DNA of 20,000 nucleotides from Trichinella spiralis (Eukaryota): NCBI RefSeq assembly GCF_000181795.1, contig NW_003526941.1, positions 3,482,443 to 3,502,442 of the forward strand, read 5' to 3'. Shown piece by piece: positions 1 to 11,573 of this stretch (position 1 is its first letter; each line of letters starts with the position of its first letter). The notes under the pieces were generated by a model. It saw only the letters and a program-made list of their open reading frames with translations, ran no database searches and was not told where the DNA came from. The position numbers and the translations under genes were made by a program.

Positions 1-3000
1 CAGAAGAGAGAAATAGTATTGGCTATGGACTGTTGAATAAATGGTTTGAGCTAGATTTGTCACTATTTCGAGTGAGACGTTTAACAATTATCAAATAAGA
101 AAATATAATTCCATAAATTGTAAGTTGTAATCTTCTGAAAAACGGAATTCAATTAGATGTTCACAAATGTTATGCGTTAATGACTTTTTGCTGTGCTCTA
201 ATATGCTTTTTTACATTTAAAATTAGGATGACATTTTTGCAGATAATTTGAAATTACAAAAAGTGTCGTTTATCTTATTTGTAATTTAATTTTTCTTTTT
301 CATGCAGAATGCTAGCCGCATTGCGGTTCCAGCAAGTTATAACGATCAAGTCGAAAATGGCACATTTAGAAGACATGTTGGGTACGTGTGGTACCAAAGG
401 TCCTTTTTTATCGATGCTAATTGGGAAAAGCAGGAGAAAGAACTGCTTTTGAGATTTGGAAGTGTCAACTATGATGCGGAAGTGGTAAGATTCAAAAATA
501 TCTTTTGTAATTCTTTTTTAATAAATATACAAAAATTAAACTGCAGTTTATTTGAGATATATTCTACATCTGGTAGTTTATGATGTATTTTTCAATTGAA
601 AACTTTTTGACGAATGTTTTAATTAAAGATTCTTTGTGTTAATTTTTCTTCTTCTTAAATTGCTGACACAACGTAAGTACATTATTTTATCAGCATTATT
701 TGTTTTTCGATTATATTATCTAATTATTATTGGACTTATATGTTGAAGTATTTTAGTGGATCAACGGTGTTTCAGTTGTGCATCATATTGGAGGACATTT
801 GCCATTTGAAGTTAGCATCAAGAAGCACGTTTGTTCCTGGAAAGTAAACGTGATCACAGTTGCAGTGAATAATACACTAAGCTATTGGACAATTCCTCAG
901 GCGGAATTTTCTTACAAGAACAATTCAAACTTGTGAGTACATTTTTCATTTTTTCCAAGAGCAGATCTGGTTACATTCACCATATTCACTAATTATTTGT
1001 TTGCTTTTATTGTTTATTCAAAAATTGCAAGAACTGGGCTATTTACTATTTGCAACAAGTATATTATAATGCTTGATAATGCTAATAGTGTATTATTTGC
1101 AGATTTGTTAAAAGCATTTTTTTATTTATATTTATAAATTTATTCGATAATTTTAATAGCCGAAGAATTACAGATATCCAGAAGGATATTTCGAGCAAAA
1201 AATGCTTTTCGATTTCTTCAACTATGCCGGCATACATCGTTCTGTTATACTTTACATTGTGCCTTGTCAGTACATCCGCAATATTGCAATCCGCACAAAT
1301 TTTGAAGGAACAACAGGTTGAATCTTCTGTTCATTGTTTATTTTCTATTTTATGCTATTTATAGGATATGTTAACTATTCAATTGATACGATGATTGGTG
1401 TTGCAAATTCGGCAAATCTGTTATCAGTTGATGTTAGTATAAGTTCCTATTTTGGTGACATTGTCGCCCGTGGCTTCAACTTTCGTGGAACTCTGCAAGT
1501 GCAGAATGTGATTCTTTGGTGGCCTCGTTTTATGTCATCTTATGCTGGCTATTTGTATACTTTAACGGTTTGGTTTTTGAAATTCATAAATGATTTAGCC
1601 ATTGATGTAAAATCAGTGCTTTAGGTGATTTTGCGTTATAATGGATCAGTGGCTGATATTTATCGAATTCCTTTTGGTATACGTACAGTTGAAGTCAGTG
1701 GATCGAAATTTCTTATCAACCATAAACCGTTTTACTTTTTCGGCTTTGGAATGCATGAAGATTCAGAGGTTACATTTTCTTTATCATATTATAAATTATT
1801 ATTATGCACTAATTGTTTATTCGTCTTAGAATATATTTAATTCTGTTTTGATGAATATTGTAATAAATGGTGTTCCAGATTAAAGGAAGAGGTTATGATG
1901 CTTCTGTTATGGTGAAAGATTTTAATTTATTGTTGTGGAGTCACGCTAATTCTTTTCGTACGTCCCACTACCCGTACAGTGAGGAACGAATGCAAGAGGC
2001 AGATCGACTTGGTCTTGTTGTAGTAGAGGAAGTTCCTGCCGTTGGTTTAAGGTAATGTTTCAGTTTTATTTTCATTAATATTTATTTTTCTTTTTATCAT
2101 TTTCATTTGTAATTTTGGGGTGAAGCATCAGTTCAAGGAAAAGTTTTTATTAAGCTGTCTTCACTGTAGAATAGAGTGAAGAGGATTTTTTTTTTGAATC
2201 TTTCAGATACTTTGATAAAGGTGTTCTTGAACTTCATCGTCAGATTTTGCAAGAGACTGTCGAAAGAGATGAAAACCATCCGGCAAGAATTTTTCAAATT
2301 ATTACAATTTTCAAATCAACTTCCACATGTTATCTTTTCCCGTCTTTTAGTCAGTTGTCATGTGGTCGTTAGCTAATGAGCCATCTATAAAAAGCGCTGC
2401 AGCTGTTAATCATTTCATGTGTGAATTTGATTTTATCGGTATTTGATCATGATTTTGTTTGAAATTTCATTTTTCTTTGTTTTAGAGAGCTGATTAATTT
2501 TGCTAAAACATTGGACACAACTAGACCCGTTACAATTGTTTACGGACAATCGGAATGGTATTCAGAAGAGACAGGTCGTATTTGTGTCTGAATTCTTTTA
2601 AATTTCATTAAGCATTGCTTATTTCGAAAGTAATCCAATTCTGTTACATGCATGCATTGAAAATTGTAAAATTATAATTGAAAATTATAGTTTATTTGAT
2701 GCGAAGAAAAAAATGAAAAACATTTTGTTGTTAATCAATGAGCACTTTTGAAATTATCGTTAATTGAACTTATGCAAAAGTTTTCAGATTAATAAAGCAT
2801 TGAATAATTTTAGGCCAAGTATGTCGATGTTTTATGCTTGAACAGATATTACGGTTGGTATAGGGCAACATCTGAACCTAACTTGATACAAAAGCAGCTT
2901 AGTTTCGAATTGAAAAAATGGTACGAAACTTTTTCTCGTCCAATTCTAATGACGGAATACGGTGCTGAGGCAATTGATGGTCTTTCTCACGTATGTGGAT

Positions 3001-3603
3001 TTTAAAGTGCATTCGCCAATATCGACAATGTCGATTATTAAATATTTTGTGATTTGATAAGTTTATTTAGTTGAAATTAACGCCTTTTTCTCTTTCAGGA
3101 ACCTCCTGTTATGTTTTCCATTCAGTATCAACTTGAAATACTTGAAGCACATCACAGCGTGTTTGATGAATTGAAAGAACAATTTTTAATAGGTGAAATG
3201 GTTTGGAATTTTGCCGATTTTATGACAGATGATTGTAAGTTTCTTTTTTTCCCTGTGTATATTCATAAAATTATCGTTTGTATTTAAAAAATTGCATCAG
3301 TTGTTCAAAATAATCACTGTTGTAATTAAAGTGTAGAATTCAATTTAAAAGGTGATTTTTGAACTTTTATCTTTTATGACATTTTCAACTTTTATAAATG
3401 AAAAAATCTTTTTTGCTTTTTTATTCCATTTATTTGGAAATATTTTAGCATTGACTCGCGTTGTTGGAAATCATAAAGGTGTATTTCATCGAAATCGACA
3501 GCCGAAGTTATCAGCTTACCTTATGCAGAAGCGTTACAAGAAATTGGCAGAAAATCTTTTGAATGTAACGGACGTTATCATCATCGATCAGCAAATTATA
3601 TGA
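1..3603 (+). CDS. GUSB: Beta-glucuronidase (glycoside hydrolase family 2), 5' end outside window. Exons: <1-71, 308-484, 757-932, 1174-1316, 1365-1567, 1625-1768, 1879-2051, 2207-2282, 2351-2418, 2486-~2574/2585, 2814-2990, 3099-3234, 3449-3603
   Basis: Manual splicing gives the GH2/GUS motifs [79 protein letters not shown] (acid/base Glu), NRYYGWY, TEYGAE (nucleophile Glu), WNFADF and GNHKGVF, with stop TGA at 3601-3603. Introns are GT-AG and in phase, except 2283-2350 (GC-AG) and the ambiguous junction before 2814. Confidence 0.96.
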
Positions 3604-4275
3604 TAAGTGTAAGATGAAATTTTTATCATTGGCGAACAATGATTGATTTCAGTTGTGCGTTGCTCTATTTTTTTTTATTATATACGATGTGATTGAAATA
3701 TTTCTAGATATTTTTTAATTGCTTTTAACATCTGCAATACTAATTGTTTTTGTTCTTCAAGTCATCTATTTTAATAATGGAAGGGGTTTTGCTGTTTACT
3801 AATTAATTATGTGCAGATTTCAAGAGCATACAATAATGCTTTATTTAATGTTCTCATTTTGCAAAATTACAGCATTTATTCGATTGTCAGTTTTTGTTTC
3901 CAGAAATACACATGTCAGTTGCACGAATGTTAAATTAAATAGACGTTACATATAATATATGTATATGGCATTTATTTAGACTCGATTGTGTATTATGCAG
4001 TGTTTTTAGAGTTGCTGATATGCGCCATTTTCAAATATATATATGTATATATATAATTTAGTATATTCACATTGAGAAAACCTTGTTACTCAATTAGCAA
4101 TAAACAGCATTTGAAATTCATCTAGCAACTGTTTTTTATTTATTAATTTTTACTTACTTTTAATGTGAAATCAAATTGAATTTTTGCTTGTTTTCTTGCT
4201 GTAATTTGTAGAAATGTTTTTGAAAAATTCTGAATATTATGATATTATATTTATTTATCAGTTCATCGTATATGA

Positions 4276-5653
4276 TCATCCACTTTTTTGATTTGAATTA
4301 CCAGCAGCATTTAAAAATGAAAAAATGTTGTCCCATCCCGGAGGAATGTCATTTTTAGCGGGTGGCTTGTTGTTTGGAGTTGTTGGTGAACCTGAACCAG
4401 GTTTATTTTTAGGTGAATCTCCATCAGCTCCGGGTGTTGGCGCCTCATTTCCAGTGGGTGGGTTTGGTTGATTTTGTTTGTTTCCAGGCATTTGTGGTGC
4501 TGCATTAATAGGTGGTGGGTATATTGGATTTTGTGTGCCAGGTGCATTTGGTAGTTTGCCATCATCTTTTGGCAGTGATTGGCCATTTTGAACTGGAAGG
4601 TTTGGCATATTCCCGAGTTGACCAACGCCTGGATTCATTCCCCCTCCCACATTGGGGTTAGGTTGCACAGCTCCACCACCCGGAACGCCGGGTTGACCAA
4701 CGCCTGGATTCATTCCTCCTCCCACATTGGGGTTAGGTTGCACAGCTCCACCACCCGGAACGCCGGGTTGACCAACGCCTGGATTCATTCCTCCTCCCAC
4801 ATTGGGGTTAGGTTGCACAGCTCCGCCACCCGGAACGGCGGGTTGACCAACGCCTGGATTCATTCCTCCTCCCACATTGGGGTTAGGTTGCACAGCTCCT
4901 CCACCCGGAACGCCGGGTTGACCGACCCCTGGATTTATGCCTCCTCCTCCTACGTTACCAATATTTCCTCCAGGCATTGTTGGATATACACCATATCCAT
5001 ACATATATGGTTGATATACACCAGGCATGTAGTAACCACCGTAATAAGGATATCCGATTCCATAACCGTAACCATATGCATAATCTACTGGAAAATATCC
5101 CAGTCCATAATCATATCCTGAAAAAAATTTTGATTCTGTCAATTTAAAAATTATTTTCAAATACCTAATCATATTTGTAGCGTTTTTTATCAAATGTATA
5201 AAAATTTTTTTAATGATTTTAATTTGTAAATATAAATACGAAATCATTCTCACCGAATGGATGCAGATATCTTAATTGAATACCATTCTCTGAATCATTG
5301 TCTGTAATAAGAAAACTGACTAAGTGATTTTCATTTTAAGTTGCTTACTTTCAGTTTTCGTTGTTTTGCTTTTCACACACTTCTGTTGATTGAAATTGAA
5401 TATTTTTCCTTTAGGGCAGTTTTGTATTTTCCATATTCCACATGTGCTATCATCAAAAGCTTGATAGCATTTTAAATATTGCTCAGGGTTTCTAGGAATT
5501 GCTTGGTATCGATGAGAATTTAATTTGCAAAGCTTTCCCACGTCTGGTGTTCCTAGTGCAGTGAACTTAGGTAACAGTAAACTAGTGCAGCAGTGAATGA
5601 TTTTTTTGATAAAGTATTACCATTGTTGCATGCGTTATCTTGTATGCTTCTTT
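4276..5653 (-). CDS. Chitin-binding type-2 (CBM14/peritrophin-A)-like Cys-rich protein with a Gly/Tyr-rich segment, Gly/Pro repeats and a Pro/Asn-rich tail. Exons 5653-5621, 5552-5349, 5301-5254, 5117-4276; 5' end unresolved
   Basis: All three introns are GT-AG and phase 1. Spliced product: RSIQDNACNNGTPDVGKLCKLNSHRYQAIPRNPEQYLKCYQAFDDSTCGIWKIQNCPKGKIFNFNQQKCV...YLHPFGYDYGLGYFPVDYAYGYGYG...(GGGMNPGVGQPGVPGGGAVQPNPNV)x4...stop. The CPxGxxFNxxxxxC ending is typical of CBM14. The domain call is from motif recognition, not an HMM search. Confidence 0.75.
4617..4950. repeat. Coding tandem repeat, 75-bp unit, about 4.4 near-identical copies
   Basis: The TTGACC(A/G)AC anchor recurs at 4618, 4693, 4768, 4843 and 4918; it encodes the 25-aa unit GGGMNPGVGQPGVPGGGAVQPNPNV on the minus strand. 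Confidence 0.97.
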
Positions 5654-7853
5654 CTATAAAAAGCATTCAAATAATTTTTTGCTAACATAGTTTTAAGTGA
5701 AAGAATTAATTGAAACTGAATTTTATGAACTATATTCAAGTTTTGTAAATGGTTCTGTTTTTTGAATTTCAAATATGGATGATTATAGTCATTTATTAAA
5801 TTATGGTTGAAAGGTAATTGATGAGCTAATTGTAATAAGTAAATAAATAATTAATTAATTAAATGAATAGCAGTTTGACTGTGGTGCTGTAGTGCAGTGC
5901 AAAATTTTGTTCGCTTTCTTTTATTAACCGAATACGTTTATTCGTTTTCTACTTTTGCTGTTTTAAAGTGAAGCAACAACCTACAAAAATGTACCTTCTG
6001 TCGTGTTTGTCTTAGAAACGCCTTGCTTTTATGCATGAAAATCCAATTTGAAGTTTTAGAAATCAATCCATATCAGTTCAACAAATATTTCTAGAAATTG
6101 TTATTCAATTCTAAAGTGCATATGTTGCTGTTGTCAAGCGTTTGATTTGTTACTGTTATGCTGTTATAATATCAGCTAAATTTCTGAAACATAAATAGAA
6201 GAAAGAATCGTAATGTTGATTCAGTATTTAAAAAGTAACACTGGAAATATTTTCATTTCTTTTCGTTTTCTTACGATAACTAATATTGCTGAACTGTGCG
6301 TTTCCAAAAAATTTTCATTCCTCAGTTTCACACAAATTCAGTGCTGAAAAAATTATTTCAGACTAATTTTTAAATATAACAGATTTATATTATTTTTATT
6401 TATGATGTATTTATAAATAATTTAAATATAAAACTCTGTTAAATTTAATATTAATTTGTGCTTATTAGAAAACTAACTTTTCAAAAGTTAAAACTACTTT
6501 TTCAGCTTATCAAACCATTATATATTGCAACCATTCTGTTATTAATTAGTCAGTTATTAAAATCAGTTAGTAATTATTAGCTTGTGGCGTTATTTGTGAA
6601 GTTCAGCATACACTCCTAGCAATAATACTTGTAAAGTAAAAAAGAATAAAACTGATACAAATGTACTGTCAGTAAGAGGAGAGCAAAGGTATAGCGAACA
6701 ATTTTAATTATTTGTCACGTCGAATAAATAGAGCAAGTGAAATTTTCTTAAAATAAAAGCATCTTAAAAATTATATTAATTTCGGAGCGTAATGTCATTG
6801 CTCGTGGAAGAGAGGTTAAGAAGAAGTAAGCGAAATGTTGACAAAGCCGATACATACCTTCCGTAGAAATGAAAATGGAAAAAGCGAACGTAGCATACCA
6901 TAAGAATAATTTTAAATCATTTCTTAAATTGCCTATTAAAATATACATATTTTCAAGCACACTTGCTAGCTGGCAAACTGTGCAGTGATTCTGTCTGAGA
7001 TCGTCTGGTGCACGGTTTGGTTGGTCATTTGTGTTGATATTAAGAAATAACGAAAATCAGATTGAAGCTGACGTCAGAAATTGTACAATACGAACCTTGA
7101 AATGTGTAAAGTGATGTCAATGTGGCGCTTACGTTTACATCTGGTATGTATATTTGTGCATCTATTCAATTGGTCTTTGCGTTTAGTTTTCCCTTCTCCT
7201 ATGTCAATAAATATTACATCAGAGGATTTTATGAAAATCTTCCTCCAGATTGCAAGCAACACTGCATTCAATTTGAAATTTATCCATCTAAACATTGCTT
7301 TCTTTCCTGTTTTTAGTTTTATTAAACTCTTTTCGATCAGATTTGTATTGTTTATTTTGTATATAAGTTGCTCATAACTTGTACGCCTATTTGTTTGTCG
7401 ATTATTGCTAATACTGTTGCATTATAGAAGGAGCATAATGTTTTTAAACGTTGATTTCTTTTTATTTTGTTTAGTCTTTTTTTAAGTTAAATAACTTTAA
7501 ACAAATTTATTTGGTCATTGAATTTTTCACGTTCTCTTACTTAACATTTTTTAAATCGAATGTTTGATACTAATAATAGGAACTGCATTTGTTTACTTTG
7601 ATATATACAGCATTTTTGTTTTCAGTTGCCAATTATGTTCACTTTTACAAAAAAATAATGCTATTTAGGTTAAATTTATTTACTTAAAAGCTCACCAACG
7701 TATACTGGAATTGAAACGCATTTTCAAAGAATAAATTTACTCTGAATTTTTCTCAACAACATTTTCAGTCTTCATTCAAACGGGTTCAGGCGTTCAGCAC
7801 TTTCTGAATAATTGCGTTGTTTTCCATTCCAATTGCAAAGCCATACAATTCAT

Positions 7854-9606
7854 TTAGCATAAATTTAACAAAATGAAAAATGAAAAAAACAGCAACCAGT
7901 AGAAAGGTGACGATAATTGTGACGCATTAAAAGTGGCAAGAACAACAACGTCGTCTATTGGATCCAAATTAACCACGCAGCCAAAATTGCTTTCTTTGAA
8001 GCCAGCTCTACAAACGCAGATGTAACCGCCGACGGTGTTGACGCAGTCTGTGTTAAATTTAGAACATACGGCCGTTCCTTCGCCGCATTCGTCCACGTCA
8101 ACGCACATCAACGCATTCGGATCATAACGCATTCCATGTTCTGGACAACTGCAGCTGCTGTTCAAGCGATTCTGTATCAGATCAAAAAAATTCGTATTTT
8201 CATTCAAATCCAAATGACAGCCACTTAGACCCTGTTTTGTGCAGTAATTCAGTTGATCATGATCACAAGATGGTTGATATACTGATCTTCTTTCGCAACA
8301 TGGATCTGGGCAGAAACTTCAAAAAGCGCACGTCATTTTCAAGTAATTACTTATCATTATACATGACAATTAAAATGTTTGAAACCTTAACGCAGTTAGC
8401 ATTTTTTATTCAATTTTAATCTCTGTTTCTGTTACATGCAAGTAAATATACAAGTATATCTTGTGTATATTTTTGTTTCTCCTGTTTTTATATTATTATA
8501 ATTTTACTTTTTGTCCGTTCTATTAGCAATTTCAATTATCATTTATATAAGTAAACAGAGTATTTATAGTGGACCGACTGATTTTTAGCTTAGCGCTTAT
8601 TAGAGCTGCATGGTGTTTTATGTAGTGCTATTTAATTTACATTTATATTTAAATATGTTAAGTGAAGAAATATATGATGCATCAGTTTTGCACACCATAC
8701 GGCATTTGTAATCGCTAGGACAGCTAATTCGACAACCTGCTTAATAGAATGAATGATGCATGAGTGTGTATATTTTCCTCTTTTAGAGATTGAGAAATCT
8801 TGTTAATCTTACCTGAACAGTGCACAACGAAAAGGCTCTTCGTCGAGAAAGTCAATCAAATAGGTACTGTTTATTTTAACAGACGGCTCGATGTAGCTGT
8901 AAAAGTGTTTGTTGAATCCAATGAACCATTTATCCGTGTAGCTGCAGTACGGTAAATGCCTTAGCAACGGTAACTGAAGCATAGTCATCCAACACATGAA
9001 ATACATTGCAGAAGTTCCAAAAACAAAATAATCATCCATGTCCGCCATTGGTGGAAAATAGCTAGAATCGTCCAGTTGATGCACTTCTTGCCAGTAATTA
9101 CTTTTAGAAGAATGGGCTTCTGTGAACATCTCTGGATTAGCAAATTGACTGTGGTCAAATGCTTTTGCAATTGTGGCAACACAAGCGAAAAAGCTCGTCG
9201 TACATGGATCTTGTAAAACTGGATGTACGTGCATAAGAGGCGGATCTGGAAATGATGACAAAGGAATCGGCTTGACTTCACGCCTGGTGTCTTTGCCGTG
9301 AATTTTGAAGATGCGAATATAAAATGCGGCTCGTCCAAGTTCGCACAAAACTTTTATCCTATCGTCTCTATTCATTCTCAAATTATACTGGGCATAATCG
9401 TACTTTATTCGATAAGAAACTGGTGCGACAAACCGAAATCCTTTCTGAGCCAACTTCCACGCACCTCTGCTTTTTTTCCACGTCTTCAGCACTCTGTTCT
9501 TTATGGCTGATTTCCACGATACACCACCTTCAACGTCGGAGGGGATGAAACAGACGAACAATAACGTAACAAAGAGAAAAATTAAAGCACGTCGAGCGAA
9601 GTTCAT
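7854..9606 (-). CDS. Secreted, probably GPI-anchored Cys-rich protein with a C-terminal calcium-binding EGF domain (418 aa). Exons 9606-8813 and 8316-7854
   Basis: Signal peptide MNFARRALIFLFVTLLFVCFIPSDVEG. A phase-2 intron (GTAAG donor at 8812, ...TTTTGAAG acceptor) joins CALF-SFCPDPCC in frame. cbEGF motif CVDVDECGEGTAVCSKFNTDCVNTVGGYICVCRAGF. The hydrophobic C-terminus SSPFYWLLFFSFFILLNLC* has no cytoplasmic tail. Confidence 0.88.
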
Positions 9607-10425
9607 TTCAACAGCAATGAGTTCAATTCAAATGGCCCCTTTAATGTTGACGTATCATTATAAATTTTTTAAACTTTAGCCTGATTATATTTTACGTCAG
9701 TTACAGTAAAATTTTTGTTAAATATTATTTCAGTGCAAATATTAATTTATATTTATTTCAATTGCCAAATTGTTTAAAATTTAGCATAAAGTGAGAAAAA
9801 TAATAAAGTGAAATTTAAATTGTTGGAAGCTGAATAAAATGTTTGCATTGAAAATTAGCATTAAAAATTGTCTCGTCATGATTAAGTAAGTGAATGTTGT
9901 AAGTTAGTTTGAAAGCAACACAATAATGTAAATAAAGTTAATGACTATTGATTAAACAGGTTAGCATAGACTGTAGCTGAATAACTTCGGATAGCGCCAT
10001 GGTAAAATTTGATTGCATTAATATTATTTATCATTCATTTACAATTTACATACAGTATTTTGTCATTTTTAATTCGATTAAAAGTGCAATGCTATCAAAA
10101 GTGCATTTATTGCTTTTACATGAAAGAAAAATTGTAATACGCGCTAGTAATTGTTTTTAAATTTTATAATAAACTTCAAATTGCTAATAAAGTTGTATTT
10201 ATTTGTTGGAGTATCTGTTAATGAAAACTCTAATTTGAACTTGAAAATCGACATACTGTAATACAGTATGCTGATAAACGTGTAACGGAATGCTTTTTAA
10301 TAGTGATAGTTGGGAATAGTTTTTCCTGGGATTTGTTATATTTTTTATATGAAAAAAATTAAAATTTTGCTTTTTGTAGAAGCTGTATTTTTTGGCGTCC
10401 ACAGTTACTGATTAGTCAGTGAAAC

Positions 10426-11309
10426 ATGTCTACGACTATTGATCAAGTATAATGTTTTTTTTTGAAATTTTTAAATATATGGTTATATTTATTATTTATA
10501 ATATTTAGACAGAAAGATCATTCCAAAAACAACCACATGTTTTTTTGAACAGAAAAACCATTACTGCGGTAGGGAAAAAGAAATCCAAGAAGCCACTTCG
10601 ATGGGTGCGCAATATTGGGCTGGGCTTCAAAACTCCACAGCTCGTATGTGTTATTACTGAATAGATGTCTAGGCACTGTGAACTGAAAGCGTTAAGTTGC
10701 ATGCCATTTTAAATTTTCAGAAATATTTAGTATATTTTCTTAATACAGACGTGGTTTCTTGCAATCTTTTTATTAGGCAAAGGAGGGAAATTACATCGAT
10801 AAAAAATGTCCATTTACTGGTAATGTCAGCATTCGTGGACGGATTTTAACTGGTGTTGTTATGAAAATGAAGATGCAGCGAACTATTGTAATTAGACGTG
10901 ATTATCTTCATTACGTTAAAAAGTATGCTCGATTTGAAAAGCGTCACAAAAACATGTCTGTGCATCTCAGTCCATGCTTTCGGTAAGCACATGTGTTGTT
11001 AAAATTATGAACTTTTCGGTGGCTTTGTTTTACTTATTTTCAGTCATTTTTCTCGGTTGCATTGTAATGTTTTTTAAGTTTAAGTTGAAAATTAGTTTCA
11101 CATTAAACTGTGAAATTGAAAAACGAAATATTTTTTTTTGTTTCAGTATAATTTGAACTGTATTTAATTTCATGTTTTGTTTTAGTGATGTTAAGGTTGG
11201 TGATATAGTTACAGTTGGGGAATGTCGACCGTTAAGCAAGACCGTTCGTTTCAATGTTATCAAAGTCACCAAGGCACCGGGATCGAAGAAAGCCTTTGAA
11301 AAGTTCTGA
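10426..11309 (+). CDS. rps11: 40S ribosomal protein S11 (uS17), 161 aa. Exons 10426-10446, 10509-10643, 10777-10982, 11186-11309
   Basis: Spliced translation [21 protein letters not shown]...[120 protein letters not shown]. All introns are GT-AG. Confidence 0.98.
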
Positions 11310-11573
11310 ATTAAATGATGATAAATTTTATATTCGTTCATGTTGGAATGAAAAGTAAAATAATTTTTAAAAATCCATGTTATGTTGCATTTATTGTGTA
11401 ATTTCAATTATATATTATTTTTTAATTTTAATTTTATTTAGCTTTATTTAATTTATTTATGAAATTTTATCTGCGGAACATTAAAATTACGTTTGTAATT
11501 TTTACATAGAACCCAATTAAGTTGTTGAAGAACTACATTGTACAAAGAATTGCGTTGCTTTTCTTATTGGCAA

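Noticed and set aside
1..3603. Bacterial uidA or horizontal transfer
   Set aside because: Twelve spliceosomal introns and an animal GUSB-like sequence.
4579..5121. 180-aa + strand ORF and 104-aa alternative-frame ORF over the repeat
   Set aside because: Shadows of the repeat exon; only the minus-strand Gly/Pro frame has in-phase splice sites.
8701..8723. Possible 23-nt micro-exon (SCPSDYKC) inside the EGF gene intron
   Set aside because: Inclusion shifts the frame; the direct 8813/8316 junction gives the continuous CALFSFCPDPCC.
10644..11185. Intronic snoRNAs in rps11
   Set aside because: No convincing C box or H/ACA two-hairpin structure by eye; a covariance search would be needed.
1..11309. 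U12-type introns in the neighbouring genes
   Set aside because: No RTATCCTT donor at any modelled intron.
11030..11407. 125-aa minus-strand ORF
   Set aside because: Antisense to rps11 exon 4 and AT-rich intron/UTR sequence.
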